This document shows, one piece after another, positions 53,029 through 64,000 of a stretch of DNA of 64,000 nt. Below the pieces are notes generated by a model, which did not search any database, had not been told where the DNA came from, and was given only the letters and a program-made list of their open reading frames with translations. The DNA is taken from positions 85,622,001 to 85,686,000 of the forward strand of contig NC_043001.1 of assembly GCF_006345805.1 (NCBI RefSeq), in the 5' to 3' direction. Positions within the stretch are counted from its first letter, which is position 1, and every line of letters starts with the position of its first letter. Made by a program: the position numbers and the translations under genes. This DNA is from Octopus sinensis (Eukaryota).

Positions 53029-55068
53029 AGAGAGAGAGAGATAAATACATATACTTATATATATATACACACACACATATATATACACTTGTATATGCGT
53101 TGTACATATATTTATTTGTATTATATATACATATATGTGTGTGTGTATTCTTATTCTACTCTTCGTCATAATAATCATCATATTGATCATCATAATTATA
53201 GATTTTATTTAGATGTAACTATAATCTCTAAACTTATTCGCTATCTCCATCGACAATTTCCTTTTGTAAAATCCTCAACAAACCTCGCTATTGCCGAATT
53301 AGGTGAAACACACAATGCTTCAACCACAGTGGCCTTTCAACTATAACGTCATAACTCACTTACCCTCTTGTAACGGCATTTGGCTACAATTTCAATCAAC
53401 CCCAGAAAAATGTTATGACAGTAGCCTTTTTCACTGCAAGCTTCATTCTTTCACAAATTGCTAAAGAGCTTTGTTGATTCTTGCCACTAGGTAATTCTTA
53501 AACTTCGGGAATCCCTCCATATCATTATTATGAATGCAGGCTGTTAGAGTGGTAATTCTATTGACGCATGTTAAATTTTCTATCATTCATTTTCCATTTT
53601 ATTACTTACACTCAACAAAGCACAAAGAGACACTTTGGTTAATCTTTCCTTCACTTTTTTGTTTTTGTGCCCATTTGAGAAACCCACTCCTTTCCATTCT
53701 ATCAAACAAGGCAAAGCGTCTCGAAGATTGCATTTAAGCTATTCATCAACAGTATGCCTGAGATGGTCGTGGCGTTAGAGTCTCAGGCAACACCTGCGTA
53801 GGATTATTTGAGAAGAAACCATCATTATGGTTTCTGACTAAATTCCCTGTTATTAAGTATATCATCCACCTATCTCACTCTGGTTCTAGCCCTAGTTCTC
53901 CTGCCAATCAACTCGGATGACGAATCCGTCTGGCGATTCTTTCTTGCAACATCCCAGTCACAAATCCGTATTACTGTAGCTGTAACCTCTCAATGCAGAG
54001 AAATTTTCATGCGGTAAGCAAATGTAGCTGTTGCAAGGATCGCCACCACTTTGGGATATTGGGAAGGAAGAGTATATATTATTAGTAAACGATATTGAAG
54101 ATATTCCCTTCTTTCGGAATGCGGTGCAATTTTGTGTTTTATCATAGACTAAGATAGAGGAAACTACGATACTAGTACGGAGCAGAAAAGATAATTATGT
54201 TAATTTAAATCTTTTGTGATCCCATACCTCGCCTCTTGGAACAAGTTGCTGGTTTATTGTTGGTTGTATCTCATCATTGGGTAGGGAATGCAATATATTT
54301 TTCAAACAGAACCCTCTCAGATCCGAATGCGTTCATTAACACATGCGACAAGTTTGAAACCTTTTCATATTGCACACTTTGGGCGGGTGTCTTATTTGTG
54401 CAAAGCATCAAGCTGGTTTTGTATTTGACCCACGAAATACGTTTCAAAGTGGATGCTGGAATGGAGGAAGAGGGCGCATTCTCCCCTCTCCTTTTCATAT
54501 TTTATATGAACTGGATTGATGTGAGCAGCCCTTGGGGAAATCGTAACACAGTCGGTAGTATAGGCGTAGAATCTATTAAATTGAAATTATTTTAGATTTT
54601 ATTCTCAGGAATTCTTTGGTGAACTAGTGAAATTAAGAGTAGAATGAAAATCATTCTAAGTAGGCTCTCATGAAATTACGATATTGATTCGTTTAAAATT
54701 TGTTTGAAAATCTATAGTTAATGGAACAGTGATCTGATCTCATAGCATAAATTTTATAAGAAAACAAGGACTGTCTTGGTGTAGAGCTCATTGACAAAAC
54801 ACGAATGCGCTGAATAGTTAAACGGAAGATTTTCATTTGCATCCATTAGCTATGTATGAAAGGAACCGTTAATCAAATATCGCGTGAGTTACTTCTTCAA
54901 AAAATCGATGGCAAAACATATCGATACTCTAACGTATCTTTTTGAAAATTTTCAAATAAATACATATATACGATAATATTATTTACCTTGCGATATTTCA
55001 TAATGTCACGATAGAGTTACATGACATAGGATATAATTAACAAATAGTATTTAAATCAATTTAATGTG

Positions 55069-55410
55069 CAGGGTGGTCCGAAAGTCTTGTCACCACCTGT
55101 AAATATTGTTTTAATTTTTTATTATCAAGGAGAGAGTTTCACAAGAGCGATACCAGAATAGCTAACAGTTGAAGGACGCTGTTTTGTTAGCCTTTGCAAC
55201 AATCACCAAAGCACAGCTTTGTAAATTATCACACAGGACATGGGGCCGCGTCATTCTGTGCCACAAAAATGATGGTGTTCATATAGGCCTACTCAATGTG
55301 TGACAGTGTCGTGTCAATGAAAGCGAATATACTCAAACCAGACATGTGTTTGATATTAGTATATTGTTCCTCTGTTGTTATTACTTTCTGCTAGAGGGTG
55401 ACACCCTATA
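55069..55410. mobile_element. MITE, same family as 16715-17061
   Basis: CAGGGTGGTCCGAAAGTCTTGTCACC...; internal TAGCCTTTGCAACAATCACCAAAGCACAGCTT is the reverse complement of the other copy. Confidence 0.75.
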
Positions 55411-57439
55411 TATAATGCCATTATTAAAAGTCATAGCAAATTCCAATTTTTGCATCTGAACTGCTTTCCTGTATACAAATGTCACACTTTATTATATACC
55501 TTAACATTTTAGATAAATTATTTTAATACCAATGGAAAATGGCTCTTCAGTTCTGATTTTTCCCCCATATTTTATATAGTTGAAACATATTCTTAACTTC
55601 AATGGTCCACACATTTAATTGAGTCCATTGTCATCATTTTGTCGTTAAGAAGTGTTATATATTTATATTTAAATTACGATATTATTTCTCACAAGTTTCT
55701 CACCGCTTCTCTTATGTTCCAGATTATAAATAATTTATTCTTTACATGAAAAGACAAATATAGATCTTTTCAAATCTGAAAACGATCTGATATATTATAA
55801 GGAATAATTTTCCGGGCGTAATTAAAACTGAACTTAAAACTCAAATTTGAAGAAACTCAATTTTAAAGAAATTTAAATTCTAATAGCATATATATACATT
55901 GTGAAACTTACAGTTGGTTTTTACTCTATACACACATTACAACAACTCATTGCTTTCAGAAAGATACGAACTCTCGAACTCTCTACATGCAGCAAGACAG
56001 ATCTCGTCTATTATTGTCTTTCTGTATATCCAGATAAATACTATAATCTTTTGACCTATTCTCTGATTAGTTTTAGCATGAAGAACTTGGTTCCATTCTA
56101 AATCTATGTATGTAACATTCTATTTTATGTTTGTCTTTACAGTTTCGAAGAAAGCAATTATTTTGAATAAGATTTCAAATGAATTTGATACCAGAGTCTA
56201 TAAATTTCATGCCAAATTAATCAACCTTTTTCATATGCTGTGACCCTTGAGATTATTTTACTGAAGAAATGTAACAACATTCTATAAGTAAATTCAAAAC
56301 AATAGCTTGAAGAAATTTACATTTTACATTATCTTCGAAGTCGTGGGAAATCGATCGACGAGTTCAATATGTATGCGCGCGTGCCTCTGTGTGTTTGTGT
56401 GTGGTAATACAAGAGTTAGAAAACATGTAAAAAAAACTTGTTTCATATTTCAATATAGACTTTCATAGGCCGGTTAACATGTGTATTCAGTTGTGAACAG
56501 TAGCATGGGATGAAACTAGGAGTACACTGCCAACCTTTGATATAATAAACAGTCAGGAACACACGCATAAATGTACACACATATGTATATAAGCATGTAT
56601 GCATGTATATACCACTATGTCAGTACCGTCTAAAAGTATAGCATTTTGAATATAAATAACCTGCAACTGAATGCAGTAAATTACCATAGATGCAGTAAAT
56701 TAATATATGTATTACAACATACATACATACGTTGCCTGAGTAGTTTCTGATCCAAGTTTGTTGTGTACTTTTTCAGAATATATTGCGAAATGCATTCTAT
56801 ACACAAATAATATTAATATCATTATGGTATAAAGACATGTAACGGTAAAATATAAATCACAGTAAACAAGGTTTATTTAATATAGGTTAGCTGCATACTT
56901 ATTGCGTGATTATTGTATAACGAGCTTCCATATAAAATCCATTGAGGTTTTCATTTACAGAAACGTCAGCATTTACAGGACACGTATATAAAAATATGAA
57001 CGTCAGCTAAGGATACGTATCTAAATATATGAACGTCAGATAAGTGACACGATCTTTTATCTTTTACTTCTGTTACTCAATGTTTGGCGGTCAGTCTAGG
57101 GCACCATCTTGAAGAGATTGGTCGAAGAAATCGAGAAGGTAAGGTAAACAAAGCATCATCAGTTGCCAAATGGATGGTAACAAGCACACGCACATCTATG
57201 TATATATAGATTGTAGAAAGGAGTTGCAACGTCACTGATGCGAAGCTGTATCGGCCTTTGCTTTTCCCTTGAATATTATCAGTTGTCTGGAGAGGGGAGA
57301 TGGTATTCATGGATGACAGCTGGCCTTCCATAAAACAAATTTACTCGAACTTGTTCCATTCATGACTAACGGGTGTCTTTACCCGTAACCATACGTACAC
57401 ACACACACACACACACATGTATATATATATATTACATAC

Positions 57440-57541
<102 letters not shown>

Positions 57542-57607
57542 CATGCATGTATGTATGTATGTATGTATGTATGTATGTATGTATGTATGTATGCATGTAA
57601 GTATGTA

Positions 57608-57945
57608 TGTATATAATTTAGAGAAAAACCACTATTAAACAATTCAATAATGAAAGATGTTTTTTACACCATGTAGAAAACATATACTATAAAAATCTTA
57701 TTCTAAAAATCAATATAGTACAATAAATAGTAAATAACAGTAAATACTATTTATTGTACTTTATTGATATTTAGAATAAGATTTTTATAGTATATGTTTT
57801 CTATATGGTGTGAATAACATCTTTCATTATTGAATTGTTTAATAGTGGTTTTTCTCTAAATTATATACACATATTATATATTTTGAAATTTGATTTTAAA
57901 TTGTTAGATTGAATTTTTCCCTGTAAGTTTTGGAATTATATTCCA

Positions 57946-57950
<5 letters not shown>
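57608..57950. repeat. ~260-bp imperfect palindrome (57608-57869) plus tail, related to the 18.4-kb one
   Basis: Shared terminus AATT(C/T)(G/A)...AAAACCACTATT and tail TTTTTCCCTGTAA-TTTTGGA; interiors differ. Confidence 0.85.
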
Positions 57951-57999
<49 letters not shown>

Positions 58000-58012
58000 C
58001 ATATACATATAA

Positions 58013-58075
<63 letters not shown>

Positions 58076-58699
58076 ACTCACACATATTACAATACACAAA
58101 TAAGCCTGTGGAAATGGTAAAATAATCTTTGACTAATTAGATATAATCCCGACTTCGGCCAACAATGGGTGTAAAGCTGAGGCCAACCATGCAATTTTGC
58201 AACCAGATTGGATTTCAGATTCAAACTAACTTCACCTCGCTTCCTCCTGAACTCCAGCCAATAGACAAATAACTCACTTGAGTTCACTTCAAACCAAGCT
58301 GGTTGAAACACCCACAACGTATCTGCCCAGAAAAGTATGTCCGATTGCATGTGCAGCGGAAACACGTGTAGGTTTTCGTAACTATAAAGATATGATGTAT
58401 AATATTGTAAAATAAAAGGAAATAATTTTTTGGCACGTACCAGTCTTCATGCTCTTTATCATTGTAATTATTGCAAATATGCACTCTAGATAACATTACC
58501 ATCCACTGAAGCAAGCATAGAATTACCCATCGGACAAATTTACAGCATGGGTAATTACTCCTAGGAAGCATAGTTATTACCCCTAGTAATCACATATGTT
58601 AAATACTAATCGATGCAGTTAGCCATAACCTGGAACATAATTGTGAGCTATTACGGTATAACCCCGGATAATATATCCCTTAAATTCATATTAATGATT

Positions 58700-59430
58700 C
58701 TTGTATTTCAACGAGCTGTTTCCAATAAGAAATAACATTACATAAGACAACTTTTGGTGGCTATACCAGAAAAGGGAGCTATTTTTAGCACTAGAGTTAA
58801 CCACTTAGCGGTAACTCTCTTATATTTAAGTATAAATTTGTATTGTCTCCCTGGTTTTTTATGTGCTAAGCCACTTGGTGTTAAACTGATGGTATTATTA
58901 AATTAATATCTAATTTTTCACCCTCTTTTATAACTTTATAAATTTAATGATGCTGCAGTAAATATATTATATGCAGTATTCGTTTCCACTAAGTCTTATC
59001 ATGCTTTTGGCGGGGAATCTGAATCACAACTATGAATGCAATCGATTAAACCGCATGAGTATTTGACGCTCGTGAGGGTCTAATAAATTGTATCGAAGAC
59101 AAACCTCCGCTGATGATTTATAGATAAATATGTGAGTAAAATTGCATATTTAATTAATAATGAAACAATTGTTCGGGGTTAATCTATTTTTTCGTTGTAT
59201 CTCACTTTCCTTGCGTTGAATGTAATGTTATTTCTTATTGGAAACAACTTTTGGTGGCTATACCAGAAAAAGGAGCTATTTTTAGCACTAGAGTTAACCA
59301 CTTAGCGGTAACTCTCTTATATTTAAGTATAAATTTGTATTGTCTCCCTGGTTTTTTATTTGCTAAGCCACTTGGTGTTAAACTGATGGTATTATTAAAT
59401 TAATATCTAATTTTTCACCCTCATTTATAA

Positions 59431-59435
<5 letters not shown>
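58700..59435 (+). repeat. Partial tandem repeat (58747-58933 ~ 59244-59430, period 497) with an inverted stub; PLE pLTR-like
   Basis: Direct repeat of ~185 bp; 58718-58743 is inverted relative to 59220-59245; hammerhead fold between the repeats. Confidence 0.85.
59105..59178 (+). ncRNA. Type I hammerhead ribozyme fold
   Basis: CTCCG-CTGATGA-[long helix II incl. TAAATATGTGA/TTGCATATTTA]-GAAA-CAatTG-TT-CGGGG; triplet GUU. Confidence 0.7.
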
Positions 59436-59468
<33 letters not shown>

Positions 59469-59589
59469 TTATTTATTTATTATTATTCCACTACTCGGAA
59501 TCGAACTCGGAATCTTTGGTTTAGTTGTCCGCGCTCTTAACCACTACGCCATATGCCGTGGGTTATTATGGAGTAAATCGTAGCGCTTA

Positions 59590-60225
59590 TAAATCTAATA
59601 TACTTTTATTCTACTTTAATACCGGTTCCCATATGATGTTCATATCTTCACTCGGTCTGCTTACGAGTTTGTTGTGTCGTAGCATATGTGCTGCTTCTTT
59701 TAGTTTTCATATCTTCCGGTGGTGTTCTCAGACTATTATTTTGACTTCATCACACAGGGAAGGTGGTCTCCATTTTTCCATACATAATCAGCTACCCCTG
59801 ATTGATCTTTTCGTGTCACATCTTTGTGATGTTCGTCTGCCCTTATTTTGAGGGGGCGACATGTTTCGCGTTTGTATAACCTACCACAGCTGCGTGGGAT
59901 GAAGTACAAGCAGTCTTTGATAATATTCTCTTCTATTGGTGGTTTTACTCGAAGGAGATATTTGCGATGTGTTGAATACTGTCCTGATGTCATATGGTCC
60001 GCATATCGTTTGTATATTTTCGGAGAAGCATTTCACATAGGGTAGACAGACTGTGGACAGTTTATTGGCCTTATCCTCTCTCTTCTTCATAATTGTAGTG
60101 GGTACTATATTTTTGGGCAGTTGTTAACAGATCCTTATTGTGAGCTTGATCATTTCTTCGTGGTGTGTATCAGGATCGCTACTTAGATTCTTTATACGAT
60201 GTTTTAGGCAATCTACTATTGCCTA
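59590..60225 (-). mobile_element. Penelope-like element remnant (linker plus GIY-YIG endonuclease)
   Basis: VCLPYVKCFSENIQTI and CLYFIPRSCGRLYKRETCRPLKIRADEH resemble the PLE VYxIPCxCGxxYIGETxRxLxxRxxEH motif. Confidence 0.8.
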
Positions 60226-60319
60226 AAATTTGGCAAGTTGGGGAAATTTGGGGCAATTTGGGGACCGAGCCCCAAGTACTAACAGGAAAAGTGACAGATA
60301 GTTATGTGCAGATCATTTT

Positions 60320-60810
60320 GGTGACCCCAGAATAATGTAAACTATGCTTACAACCACTATGGTGGTCTTATTAGTGTTGAGTAACGGAGATCAGATCAGG
60401 CCACTTTACTTCTTTGTACATGATCTTAGAATTAAGGCTGTTAGATATGTTAATGCGTGGAAGACAGTTCTGGAACTCTGGATGGATGAATTACGCATTG
60501 GAAGGCCGTACGAGTTTCAACAAAACTCAGCCCTTTCTCACAAGTCTTCAGTAACCCAGGAATAAATGTCTGACAATCTCTACTATAGTGTAACAGCAAA
60601 CATGTGCCCACCAATCTTGCCACAGTGAAATCCAATCGACCACTAGTTTTGGAACATTATTAAAAATGAAACTGATGGACATGCTGACCATACCATTACA
60701 AAGAAGACCGGAACTGTCCAAACGATGCTCATTTAGTGCAGGCCTGTAAACGATTCAGGCATGCTTTGAAGCAGAGGCTGAAGCTAAAGGCAGAATCAAA
60801 GATTATCGAG
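60320..60810 (+). mobile_element. Decayed Tc1/mariner-superfamily transposase, catalytic region
   Basis: TVLELWMDELRIGRPYEFQQNSALSHKSSVTQE matches the FQQDxAPxH motif. Confidence 0.7.
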
Positions 60811-61198
60811 AAAATGTGCGCAAATTGTTAAAAATACATTTGACCTCTCGCAACATGCAAATACGCGCATGGATCCATGCATACATACGTACATGCTTAC
60901 AGACTCTCACACACACACATTTCATACATACATACATATATGCATGTATGCATGTGTATATACATACATACATACATACATACATACATACATACATACA
61001 TACATACAGATAGACAGACAGACACATATTTTCTCGCTGTATTAAGAGTTCGTTTCTCTTTTTGTCTTCTGCAATTTTATGTTTTGATCTTCTATATATA
61101 TGAAGAATTTTCCTTCGTCTAGCTGTTTTTGTTTCTACAAAACGGGAAGTTGCAGTATGGAACAGTCATTTTAACGATTTTGTTTTTATTTATTATTT

Positions 61199-61300
61199 AT
61201 CACCCGATGAGATACTTCTGCACACTAGTTACACTTGAACCGTTTTTGTGTGTCCCACAAGAGAAGTCGATGCTAGATGTGTCGAAACAATTGTTGTGAT
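61199..61300 (+). ncRNA. Degenerate type I hammerhead (core CCGATGA)
   Basis: Helix I ATCAC/GTGAT, helix II GATAC/GTGTC, GAAACAATTGTT. Confidence 0.5.
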
Positions 61301-61344
61301 TAATAATATATTCTCGTATATTCCATCTTCTGTATTTCATTCGT

Positions 61345-61418
<74 letters not shown>

Positions 61419-62623
61419 ATATATATATATATATCTACGTGTGTGTGTGTGTCTGTCTGTATGTATGTATGTATATATTTATACGCAGACATATATAGAC
61501 CACACATATAAAATGGTAACATTTTTCGACTTGGATCAAGTACAAAGTAATCCTTTAAAAATTCTTAGTGTATATAATTTTGCTAATAATGATTCAGTTC
61601 TGATGAGGCTAAAATGTTGCTAAAATGTTTCAGAAATATTGATTCTAGGATTTAATAATCTTAGAGAAACTTTAAATATGACTTGCCATTTTCGTTTTCA
61701 GAACACCTAATCTGCCACTAGATTCCCACTTGTAGCTAGCTTTCACATAAGACTTTACGACCTGTTTGCATACAGAAATGCACGATCCTTTCATCAATAA
61801 CATTGGCAGACAGCTAAACTTAGTATCTTTTGAAAACTTATAAGCCTGCTTTCAATCTTGCGTTCGTTTTTCTTCCGTTCAGTTCTCTTGAAATCCATTT
61901 TTCATATACATAGGTTTGCCAAAAGATTTCACCCGTGGTTTACAACTCACTAGTTTGGAGTTTTGCCAAATTATACCATAACATTTGTCAGAGATTTTAG
62001 CTATGTATGTATGTATGTATGTATGTATGTATGTATGTATGTATGTACGTATGTATTTAGTTATGTATATTAGCGGGGATCATCGAGTACCCAATAACTA
62101 CACAAGTGTAAGCATTCAATTGGTTGTGTTTGGAAATTGTCATTTCTTGTCACATGCATTATAACGTAGGGAGAGAATTTACTTTTGAGCTCCTAGGTTG
62201 CTCCCCTTGGATAGCTACGTGATATATTACATAGTTAACCAATATTATCAGTAAAAATCTTATTAATAGAAAATAAGTCTAATTTCTCAAAAAGTAAGTG
62301 ACTATTGCAAAAGGAGTAAAGATAAATGGAAGAAGGCGAACTCATAAAGATTTAAAGCTAGAAACTGGGTAGTATGCGATGCTCCATGTAAGCTTGCGTT
62401 TTCTGTGACTACAAGAGTCAATAACGGACATACTCATCGAACATTCAAAATGTTTCCACCCACTTGTTTTATTCAAAATGGAAGTCTTTTTCCAAATTTT
62501 TAACGCGCAATTGTCAAAACGGTCATATCTCCCAACAGATTTTGATATTATATTTAAAATACTTCGGTGAGCTTAGAACTCACTTTTCCGTCGTGCATTA
62601 ATAACATTGTCTTTAGTTTATTT

Positions 62624-62925
<302 letters not shown>

Positions 62926-63137
62926 TTCCTTCTTTCTTCAAATTTTCTTCCATTTCTCGCCGAGTGTTTTCCGTACACCTAGGGCAGAGAAGCTCAATTG
63001 TATGCATTTCCAGATTACACACGCAAATTCACTGGTAAAATATGTATTTAAAAAATAAATAAATTCATAAATGGATGTTGTTTTCACAGCGATAATGCTC
63101 TTCTCAGTACATGAGTCGTTCCATTTAATTATTATTA

Positions 63138-63186
<49 letters not shown>

Positions 63187-64000
63187 CATCATCATCATCA
63201 TCATCATAGTCATATCTGTAACAATTTAGTATTTCACGTTGTATTGTATAGTTAATGTTGCACTCGTTCGACCACCAAATACAAATAGACAAAGGTTTGA
63301 TATAGTTTTATCAATATACCTCAAATTAACATTGTAGATTAAATATTACTTATTCTCTCTTCCATTCCTATATTGCTCAGACAGATCAGATTCAGTTAGT
63401 TTAAATCATTGTTGCAATACTGGATGAGCATATGCATTAAAAATTTACGTTGGTCTTCATATTTCGTGTGTTACGGTGCTCGTTTTTATTTGGAGTACAA
63501 CAACAGCTTGTCTCATATGGCTTCTGGTGTAAATTATATTTTTACTGTAGTGATAATAAGAAAATATTTACTTGTTCATGTCGGGAAGTTTTGCTGACTT
63601 ACGTTTAACAAGTAAAGGCATGTAAATCAGTCAATATTGTGGGATTTATGTTCCTAAGAGTGGAGACTGAATATATACGCATGTAAGTCTTTGACGATAT
63701 TTTTCTAAAGCACAATCGAAATTTAGGGCCGCTACCACGAATGTATCTTGTCAGAAGATATTTCAGCCTATGTAGTTAATTTACTTTTTTTCGAAAACAA
63801 TTTTTCGTAACAACTGAAATATTTACGAGCTATGAACCGAACTTAATCAAAGTCAACAAGATAACCACATCAGGTTAATACACTAACTGGAAATAGAATA
63901 GAAACAACATTCCTTCAGATAATAACATGACAGCTTAAAAAGAGAGACTGATAACATTGGATAGATCTTACATAGATTTATTAGAAACAACAAAATATAA

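Noticed and set aside
61595-61640. CTGATGAGGC...GCTAAAA
   Set aside because: GAAA absent and no helix I complement
63727-63770. Weak similarity to the 18.5-kb hammerhead arm
   Set aside because: Both core boxes disrupted; could be chance

Overview
AT-rich, microsatellite- and transposon-dense eukaryotic DNA, almost certainly from an octopus. It holds two complete, tandem, minus-strand S-crystallin (sigma-GST-derived lens protein) genes: gene A at 15420->1177 and gene B at 51310->39030. Each has six coding exons (133/96/116/30/108/165 bp, all GT-AG), encodes 215 aa, and has a TATA box and a polyA signal. The rest is repeats: two 5'-truncated Tx1/L1-type LINE copies, several Penelope-like element (PLE) remnants, mariner/Tc1 fragments and MITEs, an RTE 3' end, many tRNA-derived SINEs and long microsatellites. 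Most ORF-track entries are microsatellite artefacts. Four observations stand out. (1) Several type I hammerhead ribozyme folds with self-complementary helix III sit in palindromic or tandem PLE-like repeats; one ~330-bp near-perfect palindrome carries a hammerhead on both strands, and two unrelated copies share a U-U helix II closing pair. (2) A SINE subfamily has a 3' tail matching the 3' end of the local Tx1 LINE. (3) A 10-bp motif is positionally conserved in both crystallin promoters. (4) The paralogs differ at residue 112 (Tyr vs Cys) beside the 30-nt loop microexon. All calls were made by eye; family names are from recall and are not database-verified.
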